Assembly (NCBI GenBank): GCA_965207455.1
Contig: CBDBMJ010000001.1
Coordinates: 288,001 to 352,000, forward strand
Length of the DNA: 64,000 nucleotides
Direction of reading: 5' to 3'
Source: Bdellovibrionota bacterium
Lineage (GTDB): Bacteria; Bdellovibrionota; UBA1018; CAIPTA01; JAALKR01
This document shows positions 19,235 to 29,124 of this stretch, piece by piece. The position numbers were made by a program, and so were the translations under genes. Under the pieces are notes generated by a model that saw only the letters and a list, made by a program, of their open reading frames with translations, searched no databases and was not told where the DNA came from. The number at the start of each line of letters is the position of its first letter. Within the stretch, counting starts at the first letter, position 1.

Positions 19235-20008
19235 TTATTGAGCGATTCCATTTTTGCTATTACGAATGAAGTTCACAAAGTATTGCACGCTTGATTGATT
19301 GGGAAATTCTTTTTCTATTTGAGCTAGGGATTCCTTTTTTTCCTGGTTCGATTCAAAAAAAATCTTAAAAGATTTCATAATTTTTCGTATATCATCTTCT
19401 TTCATACCCGTTCGCTTTAGCCCTACAATATTCACACCTTTCATTTTCAGTCGGTTTCCATAAGCAGCACAGTAGGGTGCCAGGTCTCTATCCACGATAC
19501 TTCCCGCACCGATATAGGCGTGTTTTCCAATTCGTAAGAACTGGACAATGGTTACACAACCGCCCACTCGAACATAGTCCTCAAGAATGGTGTGACCAGC
19601 AATTTGTGTGGAGTTAGCCATAATTATATGATTGTGAACTTCCGCATCGTGGGCAACATGGCAATAGGCCATAAGTAGGCAGTTACTTCCAATTTTTGTA
19701 ATACCGCCACCGGCTTCTGTGCCACGATTTATGGTTGTGTATTCCCGGATTGAATTATTGCTTCCAATTTCCAATGTTGAGGGCTCTCCGTGGTATTTTA
19801 AATCCTGAGGTTTTCCGCCGATAATGCTAAAAGATCCAATTGTATTATTTTCAGCGATAGTTGTGCGCTCGTCTATAACTGCATGGGATTCCACAACCGT
19901 TCCTTTCCCTATCTTTACAAGGGGGTGAATGATGGCATAAGGACCCACTATTACACTGGAGTCCAGCTCAGCGGATTTATGGATAATCGCTGTTGGGTGA
20001 ATAGTCAT
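19235..20008 (-). CDS. lpxA: UDP-GlcNAc O-acyltransferase
   Basis: IHPTAII, hexapeptide repeats, PQDLKY, IREYTTINRGT and HVAHD. Confidence 0.96.
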   Translation of the reverse strand: MTIHPTAIIHKSAELDSSVIVGPYAIIHPLVKIGKGTVVESHAVIDERTTIAENNTIGSFSIIGGKPQDLKYHGEPSTLEIGSNNSIREYTTINRGTEAGGGITKIGSNCLLMAYCHVAHDAEVHNHIIMANSTQIAGHTILEDYVRVGGCVTIVQFLRIGKHAYIGAGSIVDRDLAPYCAAYGNRLKMKGVNIVGLKRTGMKEDDIRKIMKSFKIFFESNQEKKESLAQIEKEFPNQSSVQYFVNFIRNSKNGIAQ

Positions 20009-20502
20009 AGTTTTTTTATCATTCCGGTTATGTCCGGTATAATTGCCATGAGTTTTGCTTCTGCTACTATTTTTTTATTCACAGTAGCCTTTGCTTCAGA
20101 AGATATAAATGAACCACGGTGGTTTATAGCCTTTGTGAAGACTTCCATGGTATCTCCGGGTTTCACCATGCCACGGAAACGGGCATTGTCAACGGCAACA
20201 AGTTTTACTAAGTTGTTTTTATCTAGCTTTATAAAAGGATATAAGCAGAAAATACTTATTTGGGCCATAGACTCAACCATAACCACACCTGGGGTGAGGG
20301 GAAAACCGGGAAAGTGTCCTTTAAATATGGGCATATCCTTATGAAAAGTATTTCTTCCGATGATGGTAGAACCCTGAAGACTATTCTCTTTCCTAAAATT
20401 TTCAGCGATATTGATTTCTACAATTTCATCCACAAAGAGGAATGGATCTCTATGTGGTAGGTATTGCAATACTTCTTCTTTTCCTAATGGACCATATTTC
20501 AT
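20005..20502 (-). CDS. fabZ: 3-hydroxyacyl-ACP dehydratase
   Basis: LPHRDPFLFVD and GHFPG..PGVVMVESMAQ; located in the lpx operon. Confidence 0.93.
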   Translation of the reverse strand: MKYGPLGKEEVLQYLPHRDPFLFVDEIVEINIAENFRKENSLQGSTIIGRNTFHKDMPIFKGHFPGFPLTPGVVMVESMAQISIFCLYPFIKLDKNNLVKLVAVDNARFRGMVKPGDTMEVFTKAINHRGSFISSEAKATVNKKIVAEAKLMAIIPDITGMIKKL

Positions 20503-21584
20503 TTCAAATCCTTTTTCTTTATTTCTTTTCGATATTTTTTTACCATTCCTGGTAAGTGACCTAAAGCTGCTTGAATACTGAAAAATTCATTTTTCTCACG
20601 AGCAACTTGCCCTTTCCATACGGTATTGGGAGGAATTCGTCCGGTTACGCCCGTGAAGCCACAGATAGTGGCCCCTTCTCCGATGGTTACACTGTTGGAT
20701 ATGGCAGCACCTCCTCCAATAATCACATTATTCCCAATTTTCACACTTCCTGCAATACCCGTTTTTCCACAAATAATTACGGACTCCCCAATATGGCAAT
20801 TGTGATCAATGTGTACTTGACTGGAAATTTTTGTACCCCGTCCGATTACCGTACTTTTGAGAGTGCTGCGAGCAATGGTACAATTAGCACCCATTTCCAC
20901 GTCGTCACCAATTTCTATCTTTCCCAAGTGATGGATTTTTATATGGGTGAGCTTATTGTCCTGCATTTCTGAAGCATAACCAAAGCCATCAAATCCCATC
21001 ACCACATTGGAGTGTATGCGAACCCTCTTTCCTATGGTGCAATTGTCATAGAGAACCACATTGGGAAATAGAATGGATTGGGACCCAATTTCCACATTGT
21101 TTCCAAGGGAGCATCCAGCTTGTATAATAACGGAGTCGCCAATTTTTGCATTTTCTCCAATGGTAGTATGGGGTCCAATATACACGTCTTTCCCCAACTG
21201 AGCGGAAGGGTGAATTTCAGCAGAGGGGTGACAGGATTTAGGGTATTGCTCTTTTTGGAATAGTTGGGATACATGGGCAAATGCTACCACTGCGTCTGGT
21301 ACGGTTAAAAGAATGAGTTTCTTTTGTTTGCTTTGAGAGATGGATTGTAGATTTGTGCTGAGTTTAGAACTAATAACAACGATTTTTGCATTAGTTTCTT
21401 CCAGCATTTTTACAAATTTTGGTCGACCAATAAATATGATTTTATCTTCAGTGGCCTGTAGTGGGTCGGAAATGCCTCGTATAGGTAAGGAAGCATTTTT
21501 TTCTACTAAGCCACAGCCTTCTGGTGTGAGCTTTAGGTGGCAAGCGATATCGCTTAAGGAATATTTATTTGAATTTTTTGTCAT
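20499..21584 (-). CDS. lpxD: UDP-3-O-acylglucosamine N-acyltransferase
   Basis: Hexapeptide repeats, DGFGY, IGDDVEMGAN and QVHIDHNC. Confidence 0.94.
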   Translation of the reverse strand: MTKNSNKYSLSDIACHLKLTPEGCGLVEKNASLPIRGISDPLQATEDKIIFIGRPKFVKMLEETNAKIVVISSKLSTNLQSISQSKQKKLILLTVPDAVVAFAHVSQLFQKEQYPKSCHPSAEIHPSAQLGKDVYIGPHTTIGENAKIGDSVIIQAGCSLGNNVEIGSQSILFPNVVLYDNCTIGKRVRIHSNVVMGFDGFGYASEMQDNKLTHIKIHHLGKIEIGDDVEMGANCTIARSTLKSTVIGRGTKISSQVHIDHNCHIGESVIICGKTGIAGSVKIGNNVIIGGGAAISNSVTIGEGATICGFTGVTGRIPPNTVWKGQVAREKNEFFSIQAALGHLPGMVKKYRKEIKKKDLK

Positions 21585-22092
21585 ACATTTTTATTACTTT
21601 GTTTGTAATGTCGTAGGTTTTTTCAAAATAAACCACGGAATTTTGAACATTATTGATCACAATAGAGAAACCATTTTTTTTACTAAACTGCTTAGTAATT
21701 TTTCTTAATTTCTCTAAAATTGGATTGAGTAGCGTGAGTTCTTTCTTTTGAAGTTCATTTTGCAAGCCTTGACCCTCTTGTTGAAGAGCCATCACTTTCA
21801 TACGAATTTCCTCTTCTTTTTTCTGACGTGCCTTTGGGTCCATTACGAGACTACGCTTTTTAAAGTTTTCTATTTCTTTTTTAATTTTTGCTTCTTTTTT
21901 TTGTAATTGTTTGGTCTTAAGTTCCAGCTCTTTTTTTAGGGTGGCACTGGCATTTTTGCCATCCTTTACGGTACGCACAGCCTTTTGCATATCAAACACA
22001 CCTATTTTCATTTTAGTCCACCCTGGGGATGCCCAAAGGGAGAGGCATAAAATGGTGATGGCTGGAAGGCATCGGCTTATTTTTAATTTCAT
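21565..22092 (-). CDS. skp: OmpH/Skp periplasmic chaperone
   Basis: Signal peptide, KIGVFDMQ, coiled coil and C-terminal DIT..VI; directly upstream of lpxD. Confidence 0.9.
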   Translation of the reverse strand: MKLKISRCLPAITILCLSLWASPGWTKMKIGVFDMQKAVRTVKDGKNASATLKKELELKTKQLQKKEAKIKKEIENFKKRSLVMDPKARQKKEEEIRMKVMALQQEGQGLQNELQKKELTLLNPILEKLRKITKQFSKKNGFSIVINNVQNSVVYFEKTYDITNKVIKMYDKKFK

Positions 22093-22239
22093 AATCTTTT
22101 CCTCTCTTTAAGGAGAACGCTACTATATTGGAGAGGAAATTGAAAGGGTGGGAGAGAGGGAGTTTATGGAGGCCTTGCCTATGGGGAGTGTTTGTAGTTG
22201 ACTAAAATAATCGTATTTATGGGCTTCCCCCATAATCCA

Positions 22240-22713
22240 TCAATCCACTACAAGGATTTCTCCCTCTATATTATCAATGGGACAATAGAATTTAACCAAG
22301 CCCGTGTCCATAAAGCGCAGGTTCTTTATGGTGGAAATCTCCCTAGAACTAATCCCACGACGGACGGTTCGATTTCTATTTTTCAGTATAAAGCATAACT
22401 TTTGTGAGGTAAGTGCAGCCAAATGAATATTCGTTGGAATATTCTTTCGTAGGATGATTTTACTGGGGAAAAAGCCATTTTTTGTGGCAATAATGGAAAG
22501 CTCCTGGACTCCATATTTCCCCACCTCTATCGGTGTTATTTCCAGGTCTAAAATTTTCTTTTCTTCACTGGGAATATAGCTGGGGCGAGTGTTGGAGCTT
22601 TGTATTTGTCGATCGCTTTCCATGACGTGGTCGGGATTCTTTAGTTGCCCCAACCCTAGGGAGCAAATTGCAGCCAATATGGCGACACTATGGAGATTAA
22701 AAATTCTTTTCAT
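22240..22713 (-). CDS. Secreted cupredoxin-like domain protein
   Basis: Signal-like N-terminus from MKRIFNL; GFFPSKIIL and KFYCPI...GEILV resemble a cupredoxin fold. Confidence 0.6.
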   Translation of the reverse strand: MKRIFNLHSVAILAAICSLGLGQLKNPDHVMESDRQIQSSNTRPSYIPSEEKKILDLEITPIEVGKYGVQELSIIATKNGFFPSKIILRKNIPTNIHLAALTSQKLCFILKNRNRTVRRGISSREISTIKNLRFMDTGLVKFYCPIDNIEGEILVVD

Positions 22714-22896
22714 GCTAGAGATCCTCCCTTGTATAGCCTTCGGCATGGAGGCAGGAAAGCTTGAGTTTTTTGAGGTTTTCCCACCTACACCTGTTTTTAG
22801 CGTGTTAGGGAGGCTTATTCATTGACAGGAATGAGCGAAAATGATACCTTGCATCAGAGTCGTAGGGCTATTGTATGGGTCCAGGAGAGTGAGAAA

Positions 22897-23589
22897 ATGC
22901 GGAGTACCAGCAGTAGAGTTTTTTTATTCCTTTTCTTGGGGGTGCTCATGGTTCAGGAGGCTAGGGGAGAAATCCTTGAGGGAACTGTGGACATCATGTT
23001 TCGCGCCGTTATTTCTAGCCCAGGGGATGGTGAAAAGAAATTTAATGTGGAATTTTGCCGTCTCAGTCCAGAGAAGAACAGAAAGTGTAAGGTGGTACTT
23101 CGTTCAATTGATGCTTCTGAGAATCTGGGTAAATGGCAGGATAAAGCATTAAATCATTTTTTCGACATTGAGCTCAGTAAAACTAATCAGTTGCTTTTCC
23201 AACTCGATGTCACGCTTCTTATGACCAGTATTTTTGCTAGGTTTGGACCAGGATCAGCTCTTTTGGTTCTTTTTTTTTTAGCGTTTGATTTCATAGATAT
23301 AATAGCGTTACCCGAAAATGCTACGGTAGTGAATAGAATCCCCCTAGAGAGCGCTCAAATTATCTCTTATGATCGAAATGACGAAACGAAGGAACATTCT
23401 ATAGTTATTCGTTACGAATCTCTTGTGATGGCTCAGAGTTTTCTTGAACGATTGACGGGACACTTTCAGCAAAAAAGTGTGTCTTTGGGGAATATATTTA
23501 CTCCAAAAGAAATTCGACAAATTACCATGGATGAAGTTATTTTTCGTGTAACGGATGGACTTCTTTTTCGTGATGCGGGTTTTCCATGA
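22897..23589 (+). CDS. Hypothetical exported/membrane protein
   Basis: AGGAGA RBS before ATG 22897, a signal peptide and an internal hydrophobic segment; no family recognised. Confidence 0.65.
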   Translation: MRSTSSRVFLFLFLGVLMVQEARGEILEGTVDIMFRAVISSPGDGEKKFNVEFCRLSPEKNRKCKVVLRSIDASENLGKWQDKALNHFFDIELSKTNQLLFQLDVTLLMTSIFARFGPGSALLVLFFLAFDFIDIIALPENATVVNRIPLESAQIISYDRNDETKEHSIVIRYESLVMAQSFLERLTGHFQQKSVSLGNIFTPKEIRQITMDEVIFRVTDGLLFRDAGFP

Positions 23590-24202
23590 GTACAGCACGA
23601 ACGGGAGAGGCATCTGCGCCTTGGATTTTTAAAGGGAATGCGACCAAGGTATAGAGAGTATCCAAGGTTTCTGTGAGCACAATTCCCTCTAGGATAGCCA
23701 TATTGTACTTTGCCACCACGTTGTGGCTTTCCAGTGCTTTGGAGTTGGCTGGGTCTATGGATGGAGTGTCGATGCCCAGTAGTTTCACTCCTTGTTGGGC
23801 CAGTTGCTCAATAAGCTCTGGAGATAGGGAAACAAAATCTGGTGTCCATTTATTTGGGTTAGGAAAAGAGTTTGTTCGGAAGAGCACTCTGGGTGCTTTT
23901 ATTTTTATGTTTTGTATATCTTGGGGGAAAATTCGCTGATTGGGTGACACATTTACTGTTATCACTTGGCACTTTCCATAGTAATAGTCTAGGGAGCGTT
24001 CGTGGATACTTTCACCTCCTTTTTTATAATGGATAGGGGCATCGGCATGGGCTCCAATATGTACGGTTGTGGAGATAGAAGAAAGGGTCAGGTTATCTTC
24101 TTTCTCTATGTCATGGGAGGTGGTTCGTAGAAAGTTTTGATCTCCTGGAAACACGGCGGTTTTTTCAGAAATAAGTGGAGATATGTCGATCAAGGATGAC
24201 AT
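23537..24202 (-). CDS. kynB: Kynurenine formamidase (cyclase family)
   Basis: Motifs HIGAHADAP.H, GIDTPSID, ILEG and GADASPVRAVL; in an operon with kynA. Confidence 0.9.
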   Translation of the reverse strand: MSSLIDISPLISEKTAVFPGDQNFLRTTSHDIEKEDNLTLSSISTTVHIGAHADAPIHYKKGGESIHERSLDYYYGKCQVITVNVSPNQRIFPQDIQNIKIKAPRVLFRTNSFPNPNKWTPDFVSLSPELIEQLAQQGVKLLGIDTPSIDPANSKALESHNVVAKYNMAILEGIVLTETLDTLYTLVAFPLKIQGADASPVRAVLMENPHHEKEVHPLHEK

Positions 24203-24203
24203 C

Positions 24204-24626
24204 TCACTTCACCCGTGCAATTGCTTTAAACTCCACTGCAATAGGGGTGGGCAGGCTCCCTACTTCAATCGTGGTGCGTGTGGGTTGGATGTTGGCAAAG
24301 TGTTCTTTGTACACAGTATTAAATTTTGGGAAATCTTCTTTCATATTTGTGAGAAAAACTAAAATATCTACCACATTCTCTAAGGAGGCTCCTCCTGCTT
24401 TGAGTATGGCTTCCATGTTACGGATAACGGATTTTGTTTGGATCTCTATATCGTAGCTAATGATATTGCCCTGGTTATCCAGTGTTACTCCTGGAATTTC
24501 CTTTTCTCCTAGCTTGCGTGGTCCAATCCCAGCAAGGAAGAGAAACTCTCCTTCACGGCGGGCGTGGGGATAGGCTCCCACAGGCTCGGGTGCATTGGGA
24601 GCATAAATAATTTTCGTATCTGTCAT
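24204..24626 (-). CDS. RidA-family protein, probable 2-aminomuconate deaminase
   Basis: PVGAYPHARR and PTRTTIEV..LPTPIAVEFK; adjacent to the aminomuconate-semialdehyde dehydrogenase. Confidence 0.85.
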   Translation of the reverse strand: MTDTKIIYAPNAPEPVGAYPHARREGEFLFLAGIGPRKLGEKEIPGVTLDNQGNIISYDIEIQTKSVIRNMEAILKAGGASLENVVDILVFLTNMKEDFPKFNTVYKEHFANIQPTRTTIEVGSLPTPIAVEFKAIARVK

Positions 24627-24646
24627 CTGTATACCTTTCTCCTGTT

Positions 24647-26089
24647 CTATAGTTTTATACAAATATTTTTTTGTTCGGTGAAAAAATCAATGGAGTGTTT
24701 TCCACCCTCTCTGCCTAAGCCGGAATATTTCATGCCACCAAAGGGAACGCGTAGGTCTCGAAGCATCCATGTATTTACCCAGACAGTGGCAGAGTCTACT
24801 TTTTTTGCTACCCTGTGGGCACGCTTCACATCTTTCGTCCATATACTAGCGGAGAGTCCGTATTTGGTGTTATTAGCCAGGTTAATCACTTCTTCTTCTG
24901 TGGAGAAAGGGCTTACCGTTACCACGGGACCGAATACTTCTTCTTGCATAATCTGAGATCTAGGGTTTGCTCCGCTGATGATTGTCGGTTCAAAAAAATA
25001 ACCTTTATCCCAAGGTGTACTGAGCTTGGGTGTCTTTCCACCTGTATGAATGGTGGCACCCTCTTCCCTAGCTTTCAGAACCGCAGCCATTACTTTTTCT
25101 CGATGCTCTTGACTGATCAGTGGACCCATGAAAGTGGAGCTTTCAGTGGGGTCGCCTATATTTATTTTTTTTGTGGCAGAGGTGAAGCGTTCTAAAAATT
25201 CTTCGAATATTTTTTCTTCCACAAATATTCGTGAATTGCATAAGCATATTTCCCCTTGATTTTGAAAGCTGGAGAGAAGGCTTGTGGCAACACATTCTTC
25301 GAGGTTGGCGTCCGCAAAAATAATGGCTGGGTTTTTTCCTCCGAGCTCTAGGCTTAGTTTCTTGAAGTTAGTGCTTGTATTTTTCACAATAGTCTGAGCT
25401 GTGGCTGTGCCACCTGTAAAAGAAATAAGGGGCACGTCTGGGTGTTTCGTTAGGGCATCTCCGGCGCTATGACCATATCCAAATACAATATTACAGACTC
25501 CGGGAGGAAGGCCTACTTTTTGAAACACTCCTGCCAGCATATGTGCCGTAACAGGAGTTAGTTCCGATGGTTTGCAGACGGCAGTATTTCCCGTGATGAG
25601 TGCTGGGGCAATTTTCCAGGTCAATAAATAAAGGGGTAAGTTCCAAGGGGAAATAAGGCCAGCTACTCCTAAGGGTGCGCGTAGGCTGTAATTAAAGGCA
25701 GTGTCTCCCATGGAGGAACTTTGATCCTGGAGATGGGTCATGGCGGATGAGAAAAATAAAAAATTTTGGGCCGCTCGGGGTATTTCTACTTCATGGGCGA
25801 GTTGAAAAGTTTTTCCCTGGTCCTTACTTTCAGCCTGAGCAAGTTTTTCACTTTGTCGTTCTATTTCATGGGCAATTTTTATCAGAAACTGCGCTCTTGT
25901 TTTCATGGGTGTTTGGGACCACTCTTGAAAAGCATTTTTTGCACTTGTCACAGCCCAATCTATGTCCTCTCCATTGGAGTCTGGCAGGGTGGAGTAGACT
26001 TCTCCTGTTGACGGATTTCGGTTGTTTATATATTTCTTTGATTTTGGAGGAACAAAGCGGCCATTTATAAAGTTTTGTAATTGTTCCAT
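24647..26089 (-). CDS. 2-aminomuconic/2-hydroxymuconic semialdehyde dehydrogenase (ALDH8-like)
   Basis: Motifs ISPWNLPLYLLTWKIAPA, SFTGG, LELGGKNP, NQGEICLC, EEVFGP and RDLRVPFGG. Confidence 0.9.
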   Translation of the reverse strand: MEQLQNFINGRFVPPKSKKYINNRNPSTGEVYSTLPDSNGEDIDWAVTSAKNAFQEWSQTPMKTRAQFLIKIAHEIERQSEKLAQAESKDQGKTFQLAHEVEIPRAAQNFLFFSSAMTHLQDQSSSMGDTAFNYSLRAPLGVAGLISPWNLPLYLLTWKIAPALITGNTAVCKPSELTPVTAHMLAGVFQKVGLPPGVCNIVFGYGHSAGDALTKHPDVPLISFTGGTATAQTIVKNTSTNFKKLSLELGGKNPAIIFADANLEECVATSLLSSFQNQGEICLCNSRIFVEEKIFEEFLERFTSATKKINIGDPTESSTFMGPLISQEHREKVMAAVLKAREEGATIHTGGKTPKLSTPWDKGYFFEPTIISGANPRSQIMQEEVFGPVVTVSPFSTEEEVINLANNTKYGLSASIWTKDVKRAHRVAKKVDSATVWVNTWMLRDLRVPFGGMKYSGLGREGGKHSIDFFTEQKNICIKL

Positions 26090-26107
26090 ACCTTTATTGA
26101 ATCTCAT

Positions 26108-27322
26108 TTAGGAAGAAATATGGGGAGCCACCTTCTCCATAAAATGTGCCATGTTTGCTTTCACGTCCTTATTATTATGGTTATTAAAATCAAACCATAG
26201 CATTAGGCGGTCGTCTTTATGAAATCTTTCTTTTATTTGTTGGGTTATGGTAGATGGGCTTCCCATCAGAGCATTATTAACAGCACTTTCTACTTTTTGA
26301 ATATCCAGTGTGCCCTCCAGCGCGTTCCAATAGTTTGCTAAGGCTTTTTCCGCACTTTTTTTCGCACGGGTATTTTTTTCTTCCTCTGAGGCAGCCGCAT
26401 CGTCGTTGATGAAAATTAATACGGTCCTGGGCATATGTTGTCGCTTCCAGGATCCTCCCTCTGTATGAAATGATTTTTTCATTCTCTCATGTGTTTGGGT
26501 GATTTGTTGAAATGGGGTGATGGACAGGTTAAACACGCCACAGGGATAGAGGGTGTTTGCAAATGCCTGAACTTCAGGGTTGTGGCTACCTATGGTTAAT
26601 TGCAATAAATCCAAGGGGGCTTCTTTGGGAATTACTCCCGTAGTATCGAAAGTCCATTGTGGTGGAATGGTAATGGTTTCTTCTTTTTTTCCATACACGG
26701 CTAAAACTTGGTCCCAATGCTCTTGGGTGCGAAAATTTTTCCTCTCTAAGACTTTAGGAGCTATTTCTTTAGAGGAAAAAACATCTCCTCGCAGGAAACG
26801 CAAAAAAATCTCCACCGCTTCTTTAAAAATTTTTCCCTTTAATACGGGCCAACTCACTTCTTCTAACTTATTCCTTGGGCGTATTCCATAGGGAATATTG
26901 GAAAACTCAAATCGTCCAGCAGCAAAACCAATATTTAAGCATCGCTTTTCATTTTTCTCCAGCCCGTGGAGGCTAAGAAACATGCGAATGGCTTCTGCAT
27001 GGGCCATGGGGCCTCCATTGCAGAGAATATTACGAATAGCAGAACCCAGGTATATTCTTTTTGTGCTGGCAAAAACTTTGTGAGCCATCTGTAGAATATC
27101 CGTATTGAGGCCAATTTCACCTTTGAAGTGGGGTACCACCGCATTGGGATTTTGTTTTTGTATTTCCGTGGATAGGTGGGTTTCTGCAATCCAAGCTGTG
27201 GTGAAGCCCAGTTGGTCGGCGTGTTTTACTTGGTCGAAAAAATTTTGAAACATCTCTTTTTCCGAAGGGATATAGTTATCCACGTCGGTTTGACAGATGG
27301 AAAAGAAAATATCGAAATGCAT
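26108..27322 (-). CDS. Luciferase-like (LLM class) flavin-dependent oxidoreductase
   Basis: ADQLGFTTAWIAETH, TKRIYLGSAI, LNIGFAAGR, EAVEIF and GSP..I LLM TIM-barrel pattern. Confidence 0.8.
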   Translation of the reverse strand: MHFDIFFSICQTDVDNYIPSEKEMFQNFFDQVKHADQLGFTTAWIAETHLSTEIQKQNPNAVVPHFKGEIGLNTDILQMAHKVFASTKRIYLGSAIRNILCNGGPMAHAEAIRMFLSLHGLEKNEKRCLNIGFAAGRFEFSNIPYGIRPRNKLEEVSWPVLKGKIFKEAVEIFLRFLRGDVFSSKEIAPKVLERKNFRTQEHWDQVLAVYGKKEETITIPPQWTFDTTGVIPKEAPLDLLQLTIGSHNPEVQAFANTLYPCGVFNLSITPFQQITQTHERMKKSFHTEGGSWKRQHMPRTVLIFINDDAAASEEEKNTRAKKSAEKALANYWNALEGTLDIQKVESAVNNALMGSPSTITQQIKERFHKDDRLMLWFDFNNHNNKDVKANMAHFMEKVAPHISS

Positions 27323-27356
27323 GTTTGTACTGTCTCCTCTCTTTTGTTAGCTAGCT

Positions 27357-28190
27357 TTAGTAGTTCCCGCCAATGAATGTACGTAGTTCCCAGAGTTCTG
27401 GAAAAAACTTATAACTCAAACGCTTCCTTAGAAACTCAACCCCCGAACTTCCACCGGTGCCTTTTTTGTAGCCGATGGTACGCTCCACCATTATTATATG
27501 GGTATTTCTCCATAATAAAAACTTTTCATCAAAATCTAGGAGAGCTTCAAATAGCAATACCCAATGATAGTCCTCCTCAGGCTTTTCATAGATTCCTTTT
27601 AATAAGTCCCTTAATTGAGAGTTGGATGTATGGGTTTTAGAGAAGTCTCGCTTTAAAACAGATGGAGGAATGGAATGGCCAGCTTGGGATAAGCACTCTA
27701 TAAACCAATCATACACAGTGGGATTTTGTTGGGCTTGGGTTAATACATTGTGCTCATGGGAGCCTTTGGGAAAAAGATTTAAAAAGGAAGACTCTTTATA
27801 TCCGTAAGTGTACTCCATCACTCGAAACTGTAGGGACTGGAGTCCACTGGCAGGACAAATACTGTCTCGAAATTGGGCAAACTCTATGGGAGTAAGTGTG
27901 GAGAGTAGGTTAATTTGCTTGATCAATAAATCTAAAATAGCTGTATTGCGCTTCAATACTTTTAGGGCTAGGGAGATGCTTTTTTTCTGGAAGGCTTTTT
28001 GAAGGAATTCTGTCTCATGGAGTATTTCTTTAAACCAGAGTTCCATGGCTTGGTGGATGATGATAAAAAAAATCTCGTCGCTGTGGGTATCTAGGGTGCC
28101 TTTTCTTTCTTGAAGGTTGAGGAGTTCTGGAATTTTTAGGTAGGATGCGTAGTTAAGCTTCTCCAGTTCGCTATTTTTTATTTTTCCCAT
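27357..28190 (-). CDS. kynA: Tryptophan 2,3-dioxygenase
   Basis: Motifs YASYL, DEIFFIIIHQAMELWFK, ASGLQSLQFR, GTGGSSGV and FPELW. Confidence 0.95.
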   Translation of the reverse strand: MGKIKNSELEKLNYASYLKIPELLNLQERKGTLDTHSDEIFFIIIHQAMELWFKEILHETEFLQKAFQKKSISLALKVLKRNTAILDLLIKQINLLSTLTPIEFAQFRDSICPASGLQSLQFRVMEYTYGYKESSFLNLFPKGSHEHNVLTQAQQNPTVYDWFIECLSQAGHSIPPSVLKRDFSKTHTSNSQLRDLLKGIYEKPEEDYHWVLLFEALLDFDEKFLLWRNTHIIMVERTIGYKKGTGGSSGVEFLRKRLSYKFFPELWELRTFIGGNY

Positions 28191-28311
28191 ACTTAATGGT
28201 TATAAACGTCCCGGCAGCCGTACGCAAACCCAAAATTTCTATTGCTTGATAAATAGATGCGTCGCATTATTTTCTTGCTATCCCAAGGTAAGAATTATAT
28301 AAAGGTTAGGT

Positions 28312-29106
28312 ATGGGAAATAAGGAAATGGACAAAACACAGGAGGCTATAGCTAATTTACTATGGGAGGCACGCAAAACGGGGATACCCTGTCCACCGAT
28401 TACAGAGACATACCCCCACCTTTCCATCCAAGAGTCCTATAGCATCTCTGAGATCAACGCAAAAAAACGTAGTGCTGAACCCAATGTGCGCTTTGTGGGG
28501 AAAAAAATTGGACTTACCTCTCTAGCTGTTCAGAAGCAACTGGGTGTGGATCAACCAGACTTTGGTTACCTTAGCTCTGATATGAAGATGCATTCAGGGG
28601 GCAGACTCCCGTCCCAAGCTCTTATTCAGGGGCGTGTGGAGGGGGAGGTTGCTTTTATTCTCCATAAAAGCTTGTGTGGGCCGGGGGTAACGAAAGAGGA
28701 TGTGGAGAAATCTACGGCCTATGTGCTCCCCTGTATTGAAATTATCGATTCTCGCATTGAAAACTGGAATATTAAAATACAGGATACGATTGCAGACAAC
28801 GCATCTTCGGCATTTTTTGTACTGGGAGAAGAAAAAAAATCTTTAGATACGATTAATCTTCTGGAAGAAAAAATGGATTTATACAAAAACAAGACCCTAT
28901 CTTCCACTGGTATCGGGTCCAATTGTTTGGGAGACCCGGCACAGGCAGTGGCTTGGCTAGCAAATTGCATGGGGAGTTTAGGTGTTACTCTTGAGGCTGG
29001 AGATATTATTTTATCGGGTGCTTATGGTCCTGTTGTGCCTGTAGTTCATGGCGACTATTGTGAAATTATATTTTCTAGCTTAGGTTCAGTAAGTGTACAT
29101 ATATAA
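28312..29106 (+). CDS. 2-keto-4-pentenoate hydratase (FAH superfamily, MhpD-like)
   Basis: GKKIGLTS.AVQ.QLGVDQPDFG, EIIDSR, TIADNAS and AVAWLAN. Confidence 0.88.
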   Translation: MGNKEMDKTQEAIANLLWEARKTGIPCPPITETYPHLSIQESYSISEINAKKRSAEPNVRFVGKKIGLTSLAVQKQLGVDQPDFGYLSSDMKMHSGGRLPSQALIQGRVEGEVAFILHKSLCGPGVTKEDVEKSTAYVLPCIEIIDSRIENWNIKIQDTIADNASSAFFVLGEEKKSLDTINLLEEKMDLYKNKTLSSTGIGSNCLGDPAQAVAWLANCMGSLGVTLEAGDIILSGAYGPVVPVVHGDYCEIIFSSLGSVSVHI

Positions 29107-29124
29107 AATGGAAGAAAAATAAAT

